Source: Octopus sinensis (taxonomy: Eukaryota). Taken from it: a stretch of 31,076 nucleotides of DNA. Under the pieces are notes generated by a model. It was not told where the DNA came from. It saw only the letters and a program-made list of their open reading frames with translations, and made no database searches. Each line of letters opens with the position of its first letter. The first letter of the stretch is position 1. Shown here in pieces: positions 1 to 12,084 of this stretch. Made by a program: the position numbers and the translations under genes. The stretch spans positions 1-31,076 of the forward strand of contig NW_021832357.1 in the NCBI RefSeq assembly GCF_006345805.1. Direction: 5' to 3'.

Positions 1-170
1 GGAAAGCCACAAGGAAGTTCTCTACACCGATCGGTACACACGATTTAGCTAAGTGATTTGGAACTAAGTGGAAAAGAATGGGGCAATCAAGAATTTGAAC
101 CGTATTGTGGCCAACGGCGTACGACAACATCCGGTCGTCTGTTTGGTATAGTGGTACAGTAATATATATA

Positions 171-1630
<1,460 letters not shown>

Positions 1631-2081
1631 CGTACAAACCATATTATATAGTTTACTGTTCCTCTAACGTAGGCTCAACAAAAGAAGCATTCTATCTAGT
1701 GAGAGATAAATATCATTTAATATACACTGTATTAAGTTAAGAGCTATTAAAAGATTCCTGCCATCGAGACACATGGTTATCAGATTTTATTGCATGTTCT
1801 GTATCTCCAAATAATCATCAGGCTCTGGATACATGGTTTGTTCTATTTGAAAAATTGGACCCAGGTACACGAGAAAACGCGTGAAAAAATGAGAAGTTTG
1901 ATGCAAAACATGGAATGAGAACGTAAAGACTGAATAAAACGGAAAAAGAAAGGAAAGAAAAGAAAGAAAATTATTGCTACGTTCCCTTTGACTGTAGACG
2001 TCCTAATTAAACTAGCTGGTGCAGAATAATTCATCGGAGAGGAGTCCAAAGTTTGCAGAACAGGTGCTGAGTCTGTAGAGG

Positions 2082-2310
2082 GTTCGACAAAAGAAATTTG
2101 TCCATACGCTTGCATTTTCTGAAAATTCCGTATCTGGAATTAAATAGCGTTGTAGAATTCTTAGTTCAAATATGAGTGTGCGATCTTTCAGCTACGCATA
2201 AGTTGCATCTCTTAGATCCATTTACATTTGGCATAGATTTCTCCATGATTCTCCTTTAGATTGTATGCAGTGTGTAGCTGGTCTTCAAACCCTATACGTG
2301 TCCAGCCAAG
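2082..2310 (-). mobile_element. Penelope-like element, GIY-YIG endonuclease C-terminal relic
   Basis: The minus strand reads LAGHV*GLK...IMEKSMPNVNGSKRCNLCVAE and FNSRYGIFRKCKRMDKFLLSN. This matches the PLE C-terminal pattern KRCNLCLxEK...LNKRSELxSKCRHxNKF. Confidence 0.75.
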
Positions 2311-2389
2311 TTAATGACTTTATTTTCTTTCGATGACATTACTTTGCCGATAAACTGACTGAAAAGTATTTTAGATTAATTGTTGTTTG

Positions 2390-2520
2390 TGTGTATGTAT
2401 CTATGTATATAAGTATGTATGTATGTATGTATGTATGTATGTATGTATGTATGTATGTATGTATGTATGTATGTATGTGTGTGTGAAGGGGATTGATTAA
2501 TGGATGGATGGATGGATGGA
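2390..2520. repeat. (TATG)n and (GGAT)n microsatellites
   Basis: Directly visible. Confidence 0.95.
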
Positions 2521-2819
2521 TAATTCTCCATCGGTTTCGATTATGAGGATTCAGTTGCTCCATCAGCTTTCTCATTGAAGTAATGTGTAAAGGGCTTGAC
2601 ACACCAAAGACACATTTCCCTTTAATGCAATTGTCGTGCAGATACAGCGTGACAAACAGATTATGACAAGGCTGTAACTTTGAATGACAGATACAATCCG
2701 TGCGGCGAGCTTCTATAACTTTTTTGTCTACCCATTTGACTCACAAGCCAAAGGGTCGACCCGAGATTGCATAATATAGAGTAGCATTTGCTCAAGGTGT
2801 TACGCAAAACGACCCAACG

Positions 2820-3115
2820 TGGTGCCACGTTGTGAAACAAAAACTTCTCAAACATTCGGTCATGCTGCGTCTACCGTGCTTATTCGAAGAAAAACAATGG
2901 CTCGCTTCGACATAGAAGTCTATAGAAAGATCCATACTAGATATATCTGTGAGGCTTACAGACAACACGTGAACCCGTGCAGTTGCCGTGTGGCATCCAA
3001 GAGATTGGAAGAAATTACTTGGAAGACCTCCAAGAGAATGGGAAGATGCCATAGTAATAAAAAAAAAGAAACGATCCAAATGGTAAAGAAGGATACAGTC
3101 AAAGGAAGAATGTGA
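2820..3115 (+). mobile_element. RTE-clade LINE 3' coding relic
   Basis: One frame reads VRLTDNT*TRAVAVWHPRDWKKLLGRPPREWEDAI, typical of the RTE ORF C-terminus (W-x-P...GRP-x-x-R/E-W-x-D). Confidence 0.65.
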
Positions 3116-3410
3116 CTAATGATGTGTAAGGACATCAGATAGTCTTGTCGATAGAGTGGGGTTTAAGTCCAACTATATTCAATTTTCTCCGATATGAAAG
3201 AAAGAATTTACTCTTTTACTGGTGTCAGTCATTTGACTGCGGCCATGCTGGAGCACCGCCTTAGTTGAATAAATCGATCCCAGGACTTATTCTTTGTAAG
3301 CCGAGTACTTACTCTATCAGTCTCTTTTGCCGAACCGCTAATTTACGGAGCAACATCGGTTGTCAGGCGATGGTGAGGGAAGAAGCACATCGACCGCTAG
3401 CCACTAAGCC

Positions 3411-3570
3411 TTTTTATTCTCTCTCTGTTTATTTTCTCGTGTTCCTTTCTGTTGAAAAGCGTAGGCTCGAAACGTAAAAGACTTTCTCACCTTCCCGAGC
3501 GTTAAACTAATACACCTGTTTGTTGTTTATACACATGTCCTGGTCTTTTGTTCTTTTGTAAATTCAACTA
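3411..3570 (+). mobile_element. Short pyrimidine-rich non-autonomous element (Penelope pLTR- or retrozyme-like) ending in (TA)n
   Basis: About 160 bp foreign to the host SINE, followed by a TA run, and carrying a hammerhead-like motif. Confidence 0.6.
3445..3480 (+). ncRNA. Minimal type-I hammerhead-like motif (variant core CUGUUGA)
   Basis: CTTT-CTGTTGA-A-AAGC gtag GCTC-GAA-ACGT-A-AAAG. Stem I is 4 bp, stem II has one mismatch, stem III is the palindrome ACGT, and the cleavage triplet is GUA. Confidence 0.55.
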
Positions 3571-4608
3571 TATATATATATATATATACGACGGGCTTCT
3601 TTCAGTTTCCGCCTACCAACTCCACTCACAAGGCTTTGGTCGGGCCGAGGCTATAATAGAAGGTGCGACGCAAAGAGACTGAACCCGGAACCATGTGGCT
3701 GGGAAGCAAACTCCTTACCACTCAGCCACTCTTGCGCCTATTAGTTTCGTATTAAGATTTTTTATGACAACGTAGAGGCACTGTTCCCTTTTTAAGTTGA
3801 TTAAAACGTTTATCATATACGTAATTCTTTCAAGACATATCAATAATTTTAATAACATACTTTGTCCCTAAGGAAAAGCAAAGAAGATCAGCGGAATAAC
3901 GAATTAAAAGAAACGGGGAAAATTTTAGAGATTCTTAAGGTTCCAAATTCGATGTCAATTTAGAATACGAATCTGTGAAAGGTGTTTCAACATGAATAAA
4001 AAAAAATACAGGAGACAGTGTTATCTGTAGTAAATATCGACTCATAAATTAAATTTAAAGGTTTAGAGCAATAATTATGTTCTGGATATATTCATCCAGT
4101 AAGGATTATGTAAGGAAATAACAATGAATTAATTTACATGACATCTGCAGAGAAGAATTGATTAGTAATGTGCGAGTAGGATTAAAGGTTTAATTCCATG
4201 GATCAAACTCTATCTAAGTGATGCCAGTTTACCTTTTATTTAGAAAGAGAGATCGGTTTCCATAGCTAATAATATTTCTCAAGGACAAACATTCCAGAAA
4301 GTTGCATTATTTCTTTGTGAACCAGTATTTTCTCAAGAACAAATTGTATGAACTCTAGATAGCTTTTTCTAAAGCACGCTCATTTCTTGACAAAAATATA
4401 AAATTATTAGCTAACAACACTCGGGTAAGAGGATTTGACAAGTGTATAATAAAGAATATTGTTTATAAGTGATGTTAACGTCAAACACAGAACCTCCAGT
4501 AACACCTACCTGGACTTTACATTATCTTCAAGAAATAACCACTTCACAAAAAATACAATTTCAAAAGAAAACTATGTATTTCATGGCTCTCTATAAACCT
4601 TCAAAAGT

Positions 4609-5004
4609 AAGGATAGCTAGCTGGCAGAATCGTTAGCACGCCAGGAGAAATGCTTAGCGGTATTTCGTCTGCCGTTACGTTCTGAGTTCAAATTCCGCCG
4701 AGGTCGACTTTGCCTTTCATCCTTTCGGGGTCGATTAAATAAGTACCAGTTACGCACTGGGGTCGATGTAATCGTCTTAATCCGTGTGCCTTTCCTTGTT
4801 TTTTACCCTCTGTGTTTAGACCCTTGTGGGTAGTAAAGAAATAGGTATTTCATCTGCCGTTATGTTCTGAGTTCAAATTCCACCGATGTCGACTTTGCCT
4901 TTCATCCTTTCGGGATCGATGAAATAAGTACCAATTATTCATTGGGATCGATGTAATCAGCTAGCCCCATTCCTCCAAACTTTTCAAGTTCCAAGAGTAG
5001 AAAT
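4609..5004 (+). mobile_element. tRNA-derived SINE with internally duplicated body and 17-bp TSD
   Basis: A box TGGCAGAATCGTTAG and B box GAGTTCAAATTCC. The body GTCGACTTTGCCTTTCATCCTTTCGGG-TCGAT occurs twice (~4660-4775 and ~4844-4955). TATAAACCTTCAAAAGT lies at 4592-4608 and 5005-5021. Confidence 0.9.
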
Positions 5005-5249
5005 TATAAACCTTCAAAAGTTTTACACTTTTCAAAATAACCGTAGAATTTCAACGATTATTTTATTTCTCAATGTTTTATCCATAATGTCTGTAAAATC
5101 TTTGTCATTAATTCTTATCAATCATTGTTAGTTATAAGTTTTCACTAAAATTAATACACATTTTCTAATACACAAACCCCTCAACACACACATATATACA
5201 AATACACAGAAATACAGACTAACATACTGAATAGACTGTCAAACATAGA

Positions 5250-5260
5250 AAGATAGATGT

Positions 5261-5328
<68 letters not shown>

Positions 5329-5370
5329 AGGCAAACAGACAGACAGACAGACAGATAGATAGACATACAT
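5250..5370. repeat. Compound (TA)n-(GA)n-(GACA/GATA)n microsatellite
   Basis: Directly visible. Confidence 0.93.
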
Positions 5371-5791
5371 AAACGTTTTTAAATATATAGATTTACAAAT
5401 AGACTGACAGGTTGATAATAAACGTTTGCGTGGCCACATAAACATACATACGGACGGACAGACGGACAGACAAACAGATAGGTAAACAGGCAAACAGGCA
5501 GAAAGTTAGATAGACAAACATATTGATAAACAACCGTGGTCATTTGTTTAGACACCGACAGGATAAGAACAAACTTTAAAAAATATGTATCGAAGTGAAT
5601 TTCATCGACCAAATTACTCTTTAACGCGGTACCTCAACAAGAGCGTAGTCCAATGACAAAAACGAGTAAAATAATATAAGAATAAAAATACACATCTATG
5701 GGGGTGGGGTGAAAATTTTATATTCTGACTATGAAGTATCAGGCTAGAGCTGTGAAATCTTGCACGCATTAATTTCAAATCTTCTTATCAG

Positions 5792-5813
5792 TAACTGCAA
5801 TGTTTCTTCCCAG
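5792..5813 (+). CDS. Candidate short exon of an unidentified host gene (...ATG TTT CTT CCC AG)
   Basis: TTCTTATCAG| acceptor and CAG|GTAAGC donor. The phase-2 end joins the candidate exon at 8651 to give MFLPR-FFRLED. No homology recognised. Confidence 0.25.
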
Positions 5814-5891
5814 GTAAGCTGACTGTTCAAAAAGACTTCAAAAGTAACTAGTGGCGACTTTTCTTGAAAATGGACAAAATTCGGTATGTAA

Positions 5892-5932
<41 letters not shown>

Positions 5933-5938
5933 TACATA

Positions 5939-7192
5939 CTAGCAAAAATACCCGGCGTTGCCCGGGTTAAAGGGAATAATGAAATTTTAAAATGCCGTCT
6001 AGATTACGCAGTTTCAACTGCTAGTAGCTGTGATACCTACTTTCTACATTGATAACTGTCCAATCCATACCAGCATGGAACATAGACGTAAAGTGAAATG
6101 CTAAAAGAAAGTTTTCAATTCATATATGTATATAAAGTAAATACACGAAATTCAAAAACACGTTTCGTGTAGCTTACTTATTTCGTAACCAAAAAACAGG
6201 TACATATTATAAACAATGAACGACCGATGTTGATGATTCATTTGACAGAGGTAGTAGAGAGTCAATCCGATGATAAATCTGACCTTGGATCTTGAAAGTT
6301 TGCATGAATCCTGGCTCAGTTAAATCTGTTGTGGCTTCAAATGATGTCATCTGTAGTGCAGCGTTGTATTGTCTAATTTTGTTTTGGAAATGCTTGGAAT
6401 CTTGGTCAGTTTCTTCAATGGCTCTGGAGGTTGGGGGTTTTGCAGGGAGTTTAACCTATCCACCACTGCAGCACAGTGCAGGTGTCTCTCCAGGCCACTT
6501 CCTTGCTTTACGATGTATACACTCAGTTGCCATTGCACCAATGGAAACTTTAGTGTCATCTGCATAATGAACTGCTGGATCATAATTGAAAGCTGTTCCA
6601 TAGAAGTTGCTTCTCTGAGCTGTTGTAACTACTCTTCGTTCTGTAGTGGAGTTCCTATTCCTTGTCAGCCGTGCATACCTCTGTTCCTCACTTTGAGATG
6701 CTCTGGCTTTGTAGTGCACAGTCTGTTCTTTTCTTGGTATGCTTCCCTTTCTTCAGCTGTCTCTCTTTCCCTGAACAGAGACATTCTTCTGGATGATCTT
6801 GACATTGCAGACACATTTGACTCTTTCCTTCTCGGTATGGTTTATTTACATGATATATATTATATATTTTTTATATGCTTCCTATATATATATATATATT
6901 TTATATATTTTTATACCTATATATTTTTATAAACGTTATAAATTATATTTTTACTTTCTAGTGTTGTAATGTTTTTTTAAAAAAACCTATTTTTCTGAAT
7001 CGCTAAAAGTATTAACTCTAAACCGTGATGAACTTTCTTCTCGCACCTTATTATATGCTTATATGCTTGGTACAGATGAATATGTTCCATCTTGCGGGAT
7101 GTTTATATGTATATTCTATGATTTAAATGTTCGAATATGAAATGCTATGCGGATGACCTTGCATTTGTGGTTCTTAGAAAACCTTAGTATGA
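5939..7192 (-). mobile_element. Helitron, internally deleted non-autonomous copy
   Basis: The minus-strand 3' end is the hairpin ACCCGG-6nt-CCGGGT (5950-5967), then CTAG|T (5939-5942). It contains the RepHel N-terminus. The 5' end A|TC at 7192 is tentative. Confidence 0.8.
6235..6838 (-). pseudogene. Helitron RepHel N-terminal fragment
   Basis: Reads (I)PRRKESNV...ETAEER, AFNYDP...IGAMATECIHRKARKWPGETPALCCSGG, PPEPLK and SKHFQNKIRQYNAALQMTSF...FKIQGQIYHRIDSLLP across frameshifts. These are characteristic RepHel N-terminal motifs. Confidence 0.88.
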
Positions 7193-7401
7193 TATATATA
7201 TATAATATATATATATCTATATATACATATATATAAAGCGATGAAAATGAGTGCTCAACACTGATAGAATATCTTTTTGTGCACTAATGCTACCATTCGT
7301 TTCATGCTAAGAATATAGGAAAAATCTTAATATCTTAACAATTTTCAAACCAGTTCATATGGAGGAATGGTGTTCGTTTTCATTTTTGGATAAAAACACA
7401 G

Positions 7402-7441
<40 letters not shown>

Positions 7442-7472
7442 ATATATTATATATATATATATATATATAATA

Positions 7473-7816
7473 CAGTGTACATTTAAACACATAAAGTATC
7501 CACTCGTGGGATTCAATACGCCAGAAAGAACAGCCAGGTTCTATACCACAAAATTAAGGATAAAATCCGACAGGAACGGAAGGAAAAAATTAAAACTTTT
7601 ACCATCTAGTTTCCTGGACCAATTGGTGTCTGATTTTAGTTTAGCAAATAAATAATATTCGCTAGGTGAAATCTTCGTCAATAGGTACACCTTAGATTAA
7701 ATATTTAATCTAAGGTGTACCTGTTTATCCTTAATTTTGTGGTTGTAGAACCTAGCTGTTCTCTGTAGCGTATTGAATCCCACGAGTGGATTCCTTATGT
7801 GTTTAAATGTACACTG
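7473..7816. mobile_element. Tc1/mariner-type MITE (344 bp) with ~92-bp TIRs and TA TSD
   Basis: TA|CAGTGTACATTTAAACAC...GTGTTTAAATGTACACTG|TA. Arms 7473-7564 and 7724-7816 are near-exact reverse complements. Confidence 0.9.
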
Positions 7817-8014
7817 TATTTTATGAGTATTACATTCTCTTTGGACTAAATTTTTACAGGCTAGGCCACTGGAAGTGAAAATTTCTATTAATTTCCATTT
7901 CCCTTCGATATGATTAAGTATATATATATATATATATATATACATACCATACATACATATACATACATACATACATACATACATACATACATGCATACAT
8001 ACATACATACAAAC

Positions 8015-8070
8015 AGGCGGTGCTCCAGCATGGCCGCAGTCAATGACTGAAACAAGTAAAAGAATAAAAG
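8015..8070 (+). mobile_element. Isolated 3' tail of the OR-like SINE
   Basis: AGGCGGTGCTCCAGCATGGCCGCAGTCAATGACTGAAACAAGTAAAAGAATAAAAG between (CATA)n runs. Confidence 0.85.
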
Positions 8071-8319
8071 GACAAACATACATACATTTATACACATCTA
8101 TGTATGTATGTATGCATGTATGTATGTATGTATGTATGTATATGTATGTGTGTTTTATTGAAACTGAAAAACTTCATTACCTCTGACTCATAGTTGTATG
8201 TAACCGATCATCGCACCATATTTTGATCTAACTTTGGTATTTGAATACTATTTTCACTTTCTTTTGCACCTGTATACTTGCACGTGAGTGTATGTGTATA
8301 CTGTGTACGTATTTGTGCG

Positions 8320-8382
8320 TGCGTGAAAGCGTGTGTGTGTGCGTGTGTGTGTCTGTGCACAGAGAGATAGACTGATAGGTAA

Positions 8383-8447
<65 letters not shown>

Positions 8448-8574
8448 GGGAAGAGAGAGAAAAGAATGTGTGTATGCGTGTGCGTGGTGTGTGTGTCTGT
8501 GCGTGTGTGTATGTTTGAGTGTGTGTGTGTGTGTGCGTGTGCGTGCGTGTGTGTGTGTGTGTGTGTGTGTGGTG

Positions 8575-8615
<41 letters not shown>

Positions 8616-8630
8616 CGTGTGTGTGTGTAT
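8320..8630. repeat. (GATA)n and (GT)n microsatellites
   Basis: Directly visible. Confidence 0.95.
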
Positions 8631-8650
8631 TTCCTTTTGGACTTATTTAG

Positions 8651-8753
8651 ATTCTTTCGTCTGGAGGATTCACATTGGCCACTAACCGATGTTTCAGTCG
8701 TTTCAGTAAAGACAAATCTTGAGGGTTTGTGGTTGTCTGAATCGGGTTTGTTG
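8651..8753 (+). CDS. Candidate 103-nt internal exon of an unidentified host gene
   Basis: Acceptor TTCCTTTTGGACTTATTTAG| and donor TTG|GTGAGT. Open frame FFRLEDSHWPLTDVSVVSVKTNLEGLWLSESGLL in a unique-sequence island between microsatellites. No family recognised. Confidence 0.5.
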
Positions 8754-8999
8754 GTGAGTCTATATATGCATGTTTTTGCTCATCGATAATTCGTATCTGT
8801 GTTATGGATATGTATTTATCTTGAGCATACAAGAGCCTATGCTTCCCACTTTTGCTTCTTTAGTTTACAAGTGTTTGTATGTTCATGCATTCCATCAGCA
8901 TATGCAGATGTGTTCTTATTCTAGAGCAGGAAATTCACATATGGGAGCTAGCCTAGAGCATTTACGCATATATGCATGCATGCATATATGCATGCAAGT

Positions 9000-9138
9000 A
9001 TGTATTACGTATGTATGTATGGATGGATGCATGTACGTGTGCATATGCGTTTGTATGCATGTATGTATAAATGTGTGTGGGTGTAAGTCAAAGGAGTGTT
9101 AGGTAACAATTCGATATATATATATATATGTATGTATG

Positions 9139-9181
<43 letters not shown>

Positions 9182-9344
9182 GTATGTATGTATGTATGTA
9201 TGTAGGTAGGTAGGTATGTATGTATGCATGTATGTGTGTATGTGTGTATGTATGTATGTATGTATGTATGTATGTATGTTTGCATGCATGTGTGTATGTG
9301 TTTGTATGTATGTATGTAGGTATGTATGTATGCATGTATGTGTG

Positions 9345-9375
<31 letters not shown>

Positions 9376-9650
9376 GTATGTATGTATGTATGTATGTAGG
9401 TAGGTATGTATGTATGCATGTATGTGTGTATGTGTGTATGTATGTATGTATGTATGTTTGCATGCATGTGTGTATGTGTGTATGTATGTATGTATGTAGG
9501 TATGTATTATGCATGTATGTGTGTATGTATGTATGTGTGTATGTATGTATGTTTGCATTCATCTGTGTATGTGTGTATGTATGTATGTATGTATATATGT
9601 ATGTATGTATGCATGCATGTGTGTATGTGTGTATGTATATATGTACATTG
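9000..9650. repeat. Complex (TATG)n array with a ~194-bp higher-order duplication
   Basis: The variant pattern starting AAGTATG...TAGGTAGG...TTTGCATGCATG recurs at 9180 and 9374. Confidence 0.85.
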
Positions 9651-10293
9651 TTCATTTTTCTCTTCTTATCTACATGAATTTATAGCATTTTGCATTTTGC
9701 ATTTTCTTCCCTCTCTCCTTTTTTTCTATATTATCTCTTCATCTTTTTCATTTGTTCAATCGCGCCATATTTGCCCCATCTTTGCGCTTCTGCAAGTAAC
9801 TCTCCTTCTCCACTCTCATTCTCTTTCCTTATCTAACACTCTCTTCTCACTCTTCTTTCTCTTATGTCTCCTCCTACTCTCATCTCATTCTCTACTCTTA
9901 TCCTCTCTGCTACTACTACTACTGCCACCACCACCACCACAACTTCCTACTGCTCCTTCATCTGTAACATCGCTACTATATAAACCCGTAGCATCACCTT
10001 CATCGTCTCACCTCCAATGTTATCACCATCACCACACCGCTATAATACAAACTTATTCAAGTGAATACTTCAGAATTATTCAATTGGTTTCATTAAAATA
10101 TGACCCAAAGCCTAGTTTTTTTTCTTCCTGAGTGCGTGAGCGAGTGGGTGTGTTTATATATGTTTGTGAGTGTGTGTATACACAAATATACTCGTGCCCG
10201 CGTGTGTGTGTGTGTGCATGTGCACTTTTGTACGCATGTATTGATGTGTATGTGCATGTGATATTCATGTGTCTATACTTGCGTATGCCTTTA

Positions 10294-10342
<49 letters not shown>

Positions 10343-10589
10343 GTCTGTGAATATTTGTACGTCTGTGAACGTGTAGATGTGTATATGGATATCCGTATAT
10401 CCGTGCACATGCATGCGTATACATATGTGTGCATGAGGATGAATGCATGTGCATATGCACGTGCTTATACGTACAAGTTTGTAGCCATTTAATGTATTTT
10501 CTTGGACGTGTGTATAAATGTGTATGTGTGTGTGTGTGTGTTTGCATGAGAGAGAGAGGGAGAATGAAAAAATGGATGAGAGATTAGTA

Positions 10590-11290
10590 CTTCGTATTCT
10601 GCCAGTACCACTGCAATTTGTCTTCCTATCTGATCGCTCCGTTCAAACGTGTACAGACGGAGATCTTTTTTTTTATCCCTCATTCTATCAACGCCGGCGT
10701 GCCCAACAGTTGGCTTTTCCCTTCATCTTGTTCCTTGTATACGTCAATGACTCACACTTGCTACGACATCCATTGACACCCACTCTTACACGGGTAACTC
10801 TTCCTCCCTGTCTTTCCCCTGTCACAACCTACATGCCATATGCCAGATGCCAGACGCCAAACCCACACACTTACTCTAAACAGTAATACTGAAAGTATCC
10901 TCCACTACGGATATTCTAATCTTGTCTCTTTCAAAAGCAAGGAAACACTAACGCTACTGATATCAAGAAAACGTCGCAACCTACTTAATCCTTTGAAGCA
11001 CGCAGCTAGAAGCCCCTCAAATTGCTCCAATTATTGGGCTTCACTCACAATAGATCCTTAACACAGTAAGGACCACATCCCAAAAACAGGCCCTTCTCTT
11101 CAAAGCCAGAATGCAATTCATCGCTTGCAAATATTCTACAAACCTCAGGTGCAGCCCACAATATAGTATTGCTTTAAAATCTGGGGCAGTGCTGCTGTAC
11201 ATTGACATACTAAACTGGACTCAGAAAAAAAGTTACCAGTCTGATTCCTTAATGGCCTTTGTACTCTACTCCAACGTTCCTTAATGCTGT
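10590..11290 (+). mobile_element. CR1/L2-group LINE RT relic
   Basis: Fragments across frames: FLSDRSVQTCTDG, INAGVP, PFILFLVYVNDS, SNLVSFK..ISRK, FYKPQVQPTI*YCFKIWGSA. They are colinear with CR1-type RT domains 3-7 and the downstream region. Confidence 0.75.
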
Positions 11291-11301
11291 TAACACACTA
11301 G

Positions 11302-11416
11302 ATCTGTATTCGAGAATGAATTACGATCGGCTGCTTGTGATTGATGGAATGTGCAACGGTTTTATCCTGCCTAAAACTCATGACAATTCAGTGGATATAT
11401 TTCTCAGACATGATAA
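11302..11416 (+). CDS. Candidate 115-nt exon of an unidentified host gene
   Basis: ACACACTAG| ... AA|GTAATT, with open frame LYSRMNYDRLLVIDGMCNGFILPKTHDNSVDIFLRHD. The phase-2 end is compatible with the candidate at 16516. Confidence 0.3.
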
Positions 11417-11549
11417 GTAATTTTCTGAATATATAAAGGTGATGTAAGTCTGCAAAGGGTCCACAGGCTGACCGTCACGTGATGGCCTTCTACGTTGGTT
11501 TGTAGTTTGTCGATAAGTAAAGGTCTGATCCTGAGTTAGACGGGTACCT

Positions 11550-11895
11550 CTCCTTTTTTTATTTGTTTCAGTCATTAGACTGAAGCAATGCTGGAGCACC
11601 ACCTACAGGAATTTTGTCGATTGAACAAACCTCAGTTCTTATTTTCCTTTTTTTAAACCTGGTACTTATTCAATCGGACATAATCACACCGCCACCGGTC
11701 GTCAAGCGGTGGTGGTGGACAACACAAATACAAAGACGCACACACACGCATATATATAAATATATATAATTATTCTTTTACTTGTTTCAGTCATTTGAAT
11801 GCGGCCATGCTGGAGCACCGCCTTTCGTCGAGCAAATCGACCCCAGGACTTATTCTTTGTAAGCCTAGTACTATCGTTCTCTTTTGCCGAACAGT
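11550..11895 (-). mobile_element. Two tandem 3' halves of OR-like SINEs
   Basis: TTGTTTCAGTCATT...GCTGGAGCACC modules at ~11562 (decayed) and ~11782. Confidence 0.8.
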
Positions 11896-12012
11896 TTACA
11901 TTAATTTTGTGTATATACATTAGCGAATCGCAAAATCATCCATTAATTTGGATGACGAAAATATATATGCTAATAGAGAAGCATATCGGAAATAACCGAA
12001 CACCTGGCTGGT

Positions 12013-12061
12013 TTAACTGATGATGACAACAGAAATTGCCGAAAACTGACGCATCGGTATT
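12013..12061 (+). ncRNA. Type-I hammerhead-like motif with canonical CUGAUGA core (degenerate)
   Basis: CTGATGA-T-GACAA cagaaa TTGCC-GAAAA-CTGA cgca TCGG-TA. Stem II is 4/5 bp, stem III is 5 bp with one G.U pair, and the triplet is GUA. There is one extra A in GAAA and only a 2-bp stem I. Confidence 0.45.
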
Positions 12062-12084
12062 TTTCGGACAATTATGATCCCTGT

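Larger units (their letters stand above)
3209..3740 (-). mobile_element. tRNA-headed CORE-type octopus SINE (OR-like), interrupted by an insertion at ~3411-3570
   Basis: Minus-strand head AGGCGCAAGAGTGGCTGAGTGGTAAG...CCGGGTTCAGTC (A and B boxes) at ~3680-3740. 3' module GGCGGTGCTCCAGCATGGCCGCAGTCAAATGACTG at ~3225-3260. The same family recurs at 12085 and 16005. Confidence 0.85.

Noticed and set aside
1770-1830. CTGATGA on the minus strand (1815-1821) downstream of the Penelope relic
   Set aside because: There is no GAAA immediately after a plausible stem II and no stem I. It is too degenerate to call a hammerhead.
4620-4700. tRNA-like A/B boxes here and at ~3700, ~12470, ~13700, ~22880 and ~28400
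   Set aside because: These are SINE heads fused to SINE bodies. No complete cloverleaf is present, so they are not tRNA genes.
5744-5830. Minus-strand peptide SQLTWEETLQLLIRRFEINACKISQL* after a possible acceptor
   Set aside because: No homology recognised, and it overlaps a + strand exon candidate. Neither reading can be proven from sequence.
6369-6932. 187-aa + strand ORF
   Set aside because: It is the antisense shadow of the Helitron RepHel fragment.
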